Below, piece after piece: positions 6,048 through 11,429 of a stretch of 11,429 nucleotides of DNA (position 1 is its first letter; each line of letters opens with the position of its first letter). The translations under genes and the position numbers were made by a program. Origin of the DNA: a virus; the UHGV virus genome UHGV-1560016. One strand, 5' to 3'. The notes beneath the pieces are model-generated. The model was given only the letters and a program-made list of their open reading frames with translations. It had not been told where the DNA came from and did no database searches.

Positions 6048-7424
6048 ATGGATTTATCCTCATTTCCCACCCGACCTTCATTACTTTCGTCGTCTTCAGG
6101 CTGGCGTGACAGACTTCAGGACGCGTCATTTCGCGGCGTGCCGTTTAAGGTTGAAGAAGAAAGTGCGGGAACCGGTCGCCGTGTGGAAACACATGAATAC
6201 CCGAACCGCGACAAACCCTATACCGAAGACCTGGGGAAAATCACTTTTCGCTCGTCCATCACGGCTTATGTGGTGGGAGATGACTGCTTTGACCAGCGCG
6301 ATCGCCTGATTGACGCGCTGAATAAACCCGGTCCCGGCACGCTTGTCCATCCGACATACGGTGAGCTGAAAGTCTGTGTTGACGGAGAAGTTCGGGTCAG
6401 CACATCGAAGAGTGAAGGGCGTATTGTCCGCTTTGACCTGAAGTTTGTCGAAGCGGGAGAACTCTCTTACCCCACTTCAGGTGCGGCGACGGCGCAGACG
6501 CTGATGTCATCCTGTTCTGCACTGGATGACTGCATCAGTGACAGCTTCAGAGGTTTCAGTATCGATGGCGTGGCGGATTTCGTGCAGAACGACGTCGTTG
6601 GTAATGTCAGCACAATGCTTGGGTATGTTTCTGATGCGATGAAAGTGGTGGATTCTGCCGTATCGGATGCTGCCAGGCTGTTGCAGGGGGATATCTCGGT
6701 ACTTCTGCCGCCACCATCGTCAGGCAAAAATCTCGTTGAGCAGGTGCAGAAAATGTGGCGTACCGGGAAACGCCTTTATGGTAACGCCAGCGACCTGGTC
6801 ACCATGATCAAAACGCTTTCCGGTGTCAGCCTCGGCAGCGATCTGCAACCGCGCGGCGTCTGGAAAACGGACAGTAAAACCACCGCCACGGCTACGCAGC
6901 AGCGTAATGTGGTTGCCAGCACCCTTCGTACGACCGCAATCAGTGAAGCGGCGTATGCCGTCACCCGATTGCCTGCGCCAACAACTTCCGCGGTGATGCA
7001 GAATTCCGCAGTGGGGCAGGCAACAACACCTGCGCAGAGCACTGGCTGGCCTTCCGTCACGCATCCGGCACTGAACAATGCACCGGCGGTGAAAAACACG
7101 GTTGACCTGCCGACGTGGGAAGAACTGACTGACATTCGCGACACACTGAATACGGCAATTGATAAGGAGTTGTCCCGTACAACCAGTGATGCGCTGTTTC
7201 TGGCGCTGCGCCGGGTGAAAGCAGATCTGAATGCGGATATCAACACGCGCCTTGAACAGTCTGCACGGATCATTCAGCGCACACCGGATGAGGTTTTACC
7301 CGCGCTGGTGCTGGCGGCGACCTGGTTTGATAACGCGGCGCGTGACGCGGACATTATCCGGCGTAATGCCATTACGCATCCCGGCTTTGTGCCGGTGATC
7401 CCTCTGAAGGTGCCAGTGCAATGA
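6048..7424 (+). CDS. Mu gp43/N-like protein (DNA circularization protein N family; baseplate hub component), 458 aa
   Basis: ATG at 6048 with GAGG 7 nt upstream. The N-terminal region (FRGVPFKVEEE...GRRVETHEYPNRDKPYTEDLG) matches my recollection of the DNA_circ_N domain of Mu N-like proteins. Position right after the tape measure fits. Confidence 0.75.
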   Translation: MDLSSFPTRPSLLSSSSGWRDRLQDASFRGVPFKVEEESAGTGRRVETHEYPNRDKPYTEDLGKITFRSSITAYVVGDDCFDQRDRLIDALNKPGPGTLVHPTYGELKVCVDGEVRVSTSKSEGRIVRFDLKFVEAGELSYPTSGAATAQTLMSSCSALDDCISDSFRGFSIDGVADFVQNDVVGNVSTMLGYVSDAMKVVDSAVSDAARLLQGDISVLLPPPSSGKNLVEQVQKMWRTGKRLYGNASDLVTMIKTLSGVSLGSDLQPRGVWKTDSKTTATATQQRNVVASTLRTTAISEAAYAVTRLPAPTTSAVMQNSAVGQATTPAQSTGWPSVTHPALNNAPAVKNTVDLPTWEELTDIRDTLNTAIDKELSRTTSDALFLALRRVKADLNADINTRLEQSARIIQRTPDEVLPALVLAATWFDNAARDADIIRRNAITHPGFVPVIPLKVPVQ

Positions 7425-8500
7425 ACGACAATGTCACGCTACGGGTAAATGGCCGGGAGTGGAATGGCTGGACATCGGTGCGCATCGGTGCCGGTATTGA
7501 ACGGCTGGCGCGGGATTTCAGTGTGGAGATCACCCGCCAGTGGCCGGGAGATGAGGGTATCACCACGCTTCAGCCGCGCATTAGAAACGGTTCAAAAGTG
7601 GAAGTGCTGATTGGTGATGAGCTGGTGATCACCGGCTGGGTGGAGGCGACTCCCGTTCGTTACGATGCCCGTTCGGTCAGCACCGGTATTGCCGGACGTA
7701 GTCTGACGGCTGACCTGATTGACTGTGCAGCCGAACCGACACAGTTTAACGGACGCTCGCTGGTGCAGATTGCGCAGGCGCTTGCTGCGCCTTTCGGCAT
7801 TGAGGTGGTGAACAGCGGTGCGCCGTCGGGTGTTATTCCTGATGTTCAGCCTGATCACGGTGAAACGGTGATTGAGGTAATCAACAAAATACTCGGTCAG
7901 CAGCAGGCACTGGCTTACGACGACCCGCACGGCAGGCTGGTGATTGGCGGTATTGGCTCAACGCGGGCACATACCGCGCTGGTACTTGGGGAAAACATCC
8001 TTTCCTGCGATACGGAGAAGAGTATCCGGGAGCGGTTTTCTGTTTACCAGGTGGCGGGGCAGCGTGCCGGAAACGACGATGATTTCGGTGAGGCCACCAC
8101 CACCGCGCTGCGGGCCCGCACAGAGGACGCATTTATTGCCCGTTACCGTCCGATGTATATCAGGCAGACAGGGCAGGCCACGGGGGCAGGCTGTATTGCG
8201 CGTGCTGACTTTGAAGCCCGACAACGGGCGGCGCGGACGGATGAAACCACTTATGTGGTGCAGGGCTGGCGACAGGGTAACGGTACGCTGTGGCAGCCCA
8301 ACCAGCGGGTGATTGTCTTCGATCCGGTCTGTAGTTTCGACAATACCGAACTGCTTGTTTCGGAAGTCACGTTTACTCAGGACCAGAACGGCACCCTGAC
8401 GGAAATCCGTGTCGGCCCGCCTGATGCTTATCTGCCTGAACCCGAAGATCCCGGCGTGCGGAAAAAGAAAAAAGCCAGAGTACAGGAGGACCCGTTCTGA
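7421..8500 (+). CDS. Baseplate hub protein (Mu gp44/P-like), 359 aa
   Basis: ATG overlaps the stop of the preceding gene (ATGA at 7421-7424). Size and position between the N-like and spike genes fit the Mu-like order. Confidence 0.75.
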   Translation: MNDNVTLRVNGREWNGWTSVRIGAGIERLARDFSVEITRQWPGDEGITTLQPRIRNGSKVEVLIGDELVITGWVEATPVRYDARSVSTGIAGRSLTADLIDCAAEPTQFNGRSLVQIAQALAAPFGIEVVNSGAPSGVIPDVQPDHGETVIEVINKILGQQQALAYDDPHGRLVIGGIGSTRAHTALVLGENILSCDTEKSIRERFSVYQVAGQRAGNDDDFGEATTTALRARTEDAFIARYRPMYIRQTGQATGAGCIARADFEARQRAARTDETTYVVQGWRQGNGTLWQPNQRVIVFDPVCSFDNTELLVSEVTFTQDQNGTLTEIRVGPPDAYLPEPEDPGVRKKKKARVQEDPF

Positions 8501-9048
8501 TGAGGGCGATTGAAGCCATGCAGCGACAACTCCTCGGCCTGATTGGGCGGGCAGTGGTGAAAAGCATCAGTGCCGCCACGAAATGTCAGACCGTGGATGT
8601 GTCCCTGATTGCCGGTGAACCCAAAGCCGGGGTTGAACATCTTGAACCCTACGGTTTTACCGCAAGGGCAAACAGCGGTGCGGAAGCGGTGGTGTTGTTT
8701 CCGGATGGCGACCGTTCTCATGCGGTGGTTGTTACGGTGTCGGACCGGCGCTACCGCCTGAAAGGGCTGCAGACGGGTGAGGTGGCTGTCTATGACGATC
8801 AGGGGCAGTCCGTGACGCTGGCCCGGGAGGGGATCGTGGTGGACGGTGCAGGTAAAACGATCACGTTTCGCAATGCGCCTAAGGCACGTTTTGAAATGGA
8901 CCTGGAAGTGACCGGACAGGTGAAAGACCTGTGCGACTCCACCGGCACCACCATGTCAGCGATGCGGCTTGCCTATAACGGGCATCGTCACAGAGAGAAC
9001 GGTCAGGGCAGTAACACCGACAAACCTGATAAAGCGATGGAGGCATGA
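8500..9048 (+). CDS. Baseplate central spike / assembly protein V-like (Mu gp45-like), 182 aa
   Basis: TGATG overlap with the upstream gene and AGGAGG at 8484-8489. Size and position fit gp45/gpV-type spike proteins. Confidence 0.75.
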   Translation: MRAIEAMQRQLLGLIGRAVVKSISAATKCQTVDVSLIAGEPKAGVEHLEPYGFTARANSGAEAVVLFPDGDRSHAVVVTVSDRRYRLKGLQTGEVAVYDDQGQSVTLAREGIVVDGAGKTITFRNAPKARFEMDLEVTGQVKDLCDSTGTTMSAMRLAYNGHRHRENGQGSNTDKPDKAMEA

Positions 9049-9473
9049 TGGAACTGTGGCTGACGGTGAACGGTAAACGCACCTGCGCCAGCGCACAACT
9101 GGATCCGCTGACCCGCGCCGTGGTGATTTCCCTGTTTACCTGGCGGCGGGCGGAGCCTGATGACAACGCCGACGTCCCGATGGGATGGTGGGGGGATACC
9201 TGGCCTGCGGTACAGAATGACCGTTACGGCTCCCGACTGTGGCTGCTTCAGCGCAGCAAACTGACCAATCAGCTGGTGCAGACGGTAAGGGGGTATATCC
9301 GCGAATGCCTGCAATGGATGATTGATGACGGCGTGGTGTCCCGTATTGATCTGGATATCCGCCGCACCGGGATTAATGAACTGGGTAACAGTATCACTCT
9401 CTGGCGTCGTGACGGACCGGTAATGATTTCTTTTGATGATCTGTGGAGTGCGATAACGCATGGCGGACAGTGA
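9045..9473 (+). CDS. Baseplate protein of the GP46 family (Mu gp46-like, T4 gp25-like wedge), 142 aa
   Basis: ATGATG start overlaps the upstream stop (start may be 9045 or 9048), with GGAGG at 9039-9043. Size and order fit. Confidence 0.75.
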   Translation: MMELWLTVNGKRTCASAQLDPLTRAVVISLFTWRRAEPDDNADVPMGWWGDTWPAVQNDRYGSRLWLLQRSKLTNQLVQTVRGYIRECLQWMIDDGVVSRIDLDIRRTGINELGNSITLWRRDGPVMISFDDLWSAITHGGQ

Positions 9474-10518
9474 ATTTCAGCGCCCGACGCTGGCAGAAAA
9501 TATCAGTATGCTCCGTAACGATTTATTCGCCAGGCTGGACGTCAGCGACACGCTCCGGCGCATGGATGAAGACGTGCGGGCAAAGGTGTATGCGGCGGCG
9601 CTGCATACGGTTTACGGGTACATCGATTATCTGGCAATGAACATGCTGCCTGACCTGTGCGATGAGTCCTGGCTGGCGCGACATGCTGCGATGAAACGGT
9701 GTCCGCGCAAGGGGGCCACGGCTGCCAGCGGGTATATGCGCTGGGAAGGTGTCAGCGATGGCCTGAAGGTGACCGCCGGGAGTGTTATTCAGCGCGATGA
9801 CCTGGTTCAGTACACGGCAACTGCCGATGCAACCAGCTCCGGTGGTGTCCTGCGCGTGCCGATCGCCTGCTCAAGTTCAGGCGCGGTCGGTAACGCTGAC
9901 GACGGTACGTCATTAATCCTGGTCACGCCGGTGAATGGTCTGCCGTCTTCCGGTGTGGCTGACACCCTGACAGGCGGATTTGATACTGAAGATCTGGAAA
10001 CGTGGCGCGCCCGCATCATTGAGCGGTATTACTGGACGCCGCAGGGCGGGGCTGACGTGGACTATGTCGTCTGGGCTAAAGAAGTGCCCGGCATTACCCG
10101 CGCATGGACATACCGTCACTGGATGGGAACGGGAACTGTCGGTGTGATGATTGCCAGCAGTGACCTGATTAATCCCATTCCGGAAGAATCAACGGAAACG
10201 GCGGCAAGACAACACATTGAGCCACTGGCCCCGGTGGCAGGCTCTGATTTGTATGTATTCAGGCCGGTGGCGCATAAAGTGGATTTTCATATCCGCGTGA
10301 CGCCGGACACACCGGAAATACGGGCTGCCATCACCGCCGAGTTGCGTTCGTTCCTGCTGCGTGATGGTTATCCGCAGGGAGAACTGAAGGTATCGCGTAT
10401 CAGTGAGGCGATTTCCGGTGCGAACGGGGAATACAGCCATCAGTTGCTTGCCCCGGCGGACAATATCTCCATTGCAAAAAATGAACTGGCGGTTCTGGGG
10501 ACGATTTCATGGACGTGA
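9460..10518 (+). CDS. Baseplate J-like protein (Mu gp47-like), 352 aa
   Basis: Start overlaps the upstream gene by 14 nt. Size and order match baseplate J-family proteins in Mu-like and P2-like tails. Confidence 0.8.
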   Translation: MADSEFQRPTLAENISMLRNDLFARLDVSDTLRRMDEDVRAKVYAAALHTVYGYIDYLAMNMLPDLCDESWLARHAAMKRCPRKGATAASGYMRWEGVSDGLKVTAGSVIQRDDLVQYTATADATSSGGVLRVPIACSSSGAVGNADDGTSLILVTPVNGLPSSGVADTLTGGFDTEDLETWRARIIERYYWTPQGGADVDYVVWAKEVPGITRAWTYRHWMGTGTVGVMIASSDLINPIPEESTETAARQHIEPLAPVAGSDLYVFRPVAHKVDFHIRVTPDTPEIRAAITAELRSFLLRDGYPQGELKVSRISEAISGANGEYSHQLLAPADNISIAKNELAVLGTISWT

Positions 10519-11093
10519 CAAACGATGATTACATCCGCCTGTTATCGGCACTGTTGCCGCCCGGTCCTGCATGGTCAGCCAGCGATCCGGCGATTGCCGG
10601 TGCGGCACCTTCATTAACCCGCGTTCATCAGCGTGCGGATGCCCTGATGCGGGAGCTGGATCCGCGCACCACCACTGAACTGATAAACCGCTGGGAGCGT
10701 CTGTGCGGTCTGCCGGATGAATGTATTCCCGCAGGGACACAGACCCTTCGCCAGCGTCAGCAACGACTGGATGCGAAGGTTAACCTGGCGGGCGGCATCA
10801 ACGAGGATTTTTACCTTGCACAGCTTGCTGCCCTGGGCAGACCAGACGCTACCATCACGCGATACGACAAAAGCACGTTCACCTGCTCATCGGCCTGTAC
10901 TGACGCGGTGAATGCGCCGGAATGGCGGTATTACTGGCAGGTCAACATGCCAGCCGCCACCAACACCACCTGGATGACATGTGGCGATCCCTGTGATTCC
11001 GCACTGCGTATCTGGGGCGACACCGTTGTCGAGTGCGTGCTTAACAAACTCTGCCCGTCGCATACCTACGTAATTTTTAAATATCCGGAGTAA
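10509..11093 (+). CDS. Baseplate/tail protein, Mu gp48-like (DUF2313/YmfQ-like), 194 aa
   Basis: Start overlaps the upstream gene by 10 nt. Size and position (after baseplate J, before tail fibre) fit. Confidence 0.75.
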   Translation: MDVTNDDYIRLLSALLPPGPAWSASDPAIAGAAPSLTRVHQRADALMRELDPRTTTELINRWERLCGLPDECIPAGTQTLRQRQQRLDAKVNLAGGINEDFYLAQLAALGRPDATITRYDKSTFTCSSACTDAVNAPEWRYYWQVNMPAATNTTWMTCGDPCDSALRIWGDTVVECVLNKLCPSHTYVIFKYPE

Positions 11094-11096
11094 TCC

Positions 11097-11429
11097 ATGC
11101 ATCGTATAGACACGAAAACCGCGCAGAAGGATAAGTTCGGCGCGGGTAAGAACGGTTTTACCCGTGGTAACCCCCAGACTGGCACGCCTGCCACCGATCT
11201 GGATGATGACTACTTTGACATGTTGCAGGAAGAACTTTGTAGCGTGGTGGAGGCATCCGGTGCCAGTCTGGAGAAGGCGCGGCACGACCAGCTGCTTACC
11301 GCGCTTCGTGCGCTGCTGTTAAGCCGCAAGAATCCGTTTGGCGATATCAAATCGGATGGCACGGTGAAAACGGCTCTCGAAAACCTTGGTTTGGGAGAAG
11401 CCAGATATATCATTCAGCGAGGAGCTAAT
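11097..11429 (+). CDS. Tail fibre protein, N-terminal part only (3' end lies outside the window)
   Basis: ATG at 11097 with GGAG at 11087-11090. The frame is open for 111 codons to the window end. It follows the gp48-like gene, where Mu-like and P2-like modules place the fibre gene. Confidence 0.7.
   Translation, partial: MHRIDTKTAQKDKFGAGKNGFTRGNPQTGTPATDLDDDYFDMLQEELCSVVEASGASLEKARHDQLLTALRALLLSRKNPFGDIKSDGTVKTALENLGLGEARYIIQRGAN

Larger units (their letters stand above)
625..11429. mobile_element. Phage-derived region: immunity switch plus Mu-like contractile tail module (prophage remnant or tailocin-like cassette; both boundaries lie outside the window)
   Basis: Repressor/Cro switch with operators, followed by a co-directional, translationally coupled tail operon. 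No host housekeeping gene was recognised in the window. Confidence 0.8.

Noticed and set aside
5026-6309. Track ORFs 5026-5220 (+) and 5989-6309 (+) as extra genes or further frameshift products
   Set aside because: They are alternative frames inside the tape-measure and N-like genes, with no slippery site or RBS. The tape-measure to N-like junction is a clean stop, gap and RBS-preceded ATG.
1872-11285. Many antisense or out-of-frame track ORFs nested inside the tail genes (e.g. 1872-2159 -, 2327-2638 -, 2666-3082 -, 4619-5044 -, 6776-7273 -, 7944-8312 +, 9003-9461 -, 10887-11285 -)
   Set aside because: They lie entirely inside long, syntenic, translationally coupled + strand genes in GC-rich DNA, where long spurious open frames are expected. 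Their products are Arg/Pro/Cys-rich and low in complexity.
1-11429. Complete transposable Mu-type prophage
   Set aside because: No transposase A/B-like genes, no Mu-type c/ner arrangement and no head genes are in the window. The repressor is an S24 LexA-like type, unlike Mu c. Only the tail module is Mu-like.
1-11429. CRISPR arrays, tRNA or rRNA genes
   Set aside because: No regularly spaced direct repeats with unique spacers, and no cloverleaf-like or rRNA-like segments were noticed on reading through. The window is essentially fully covered by protein-coding and regulatory sequence.

Overview
This window is a phage-derived region with two parts. The left ~1.7 kb is an AT-rich immunity/control module: a leftward CI/LexA-like repressor with an S24 autopeptidase domain (625-1299, -), its intrinsic terminator, a near-consensus leftward promoter with repeated GTACA-type operator motifs, a divergent operator/promoter region (1300-1389), and a rightward Cro/YdaS-like HTH gene (1390-1704). 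After a 157-bp spacer, the remaining ~9.5 kb is a GC-rich, tightly coupled Mu-like contractile-tail operon on the + strand: sheath, tube, tail assembly chaperone with a -1 frameshift extension, tape measure, gp43/N-like, gp44/P-like hub, gp45-like spike, gp46-like, baseplate J-like gp47, gp48-like (DUF2313/YmfQ-like), and the start of a tail fibre cut by the window end. No replication, terminase, portal, capsid or lysis genes lie between the switch and the sheath gene. The most interesting hypothesis is therefore a repressor-controlled, possibly SOS-inducible, tail-only cassette (tailocin-like) or a deletion-derived prophage remnant; the window is too short to tell these apart. Protein family calls rest on gene order, sizes, visible motifs and my recollection of Mu-like tail modules, not on any search. 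The repressor size (224 aa) and the gp47/gp48/fibre order recall the E. coli e14 element, but that is unverified memory. No rRNA, tRNA or CRISPR array was seen.
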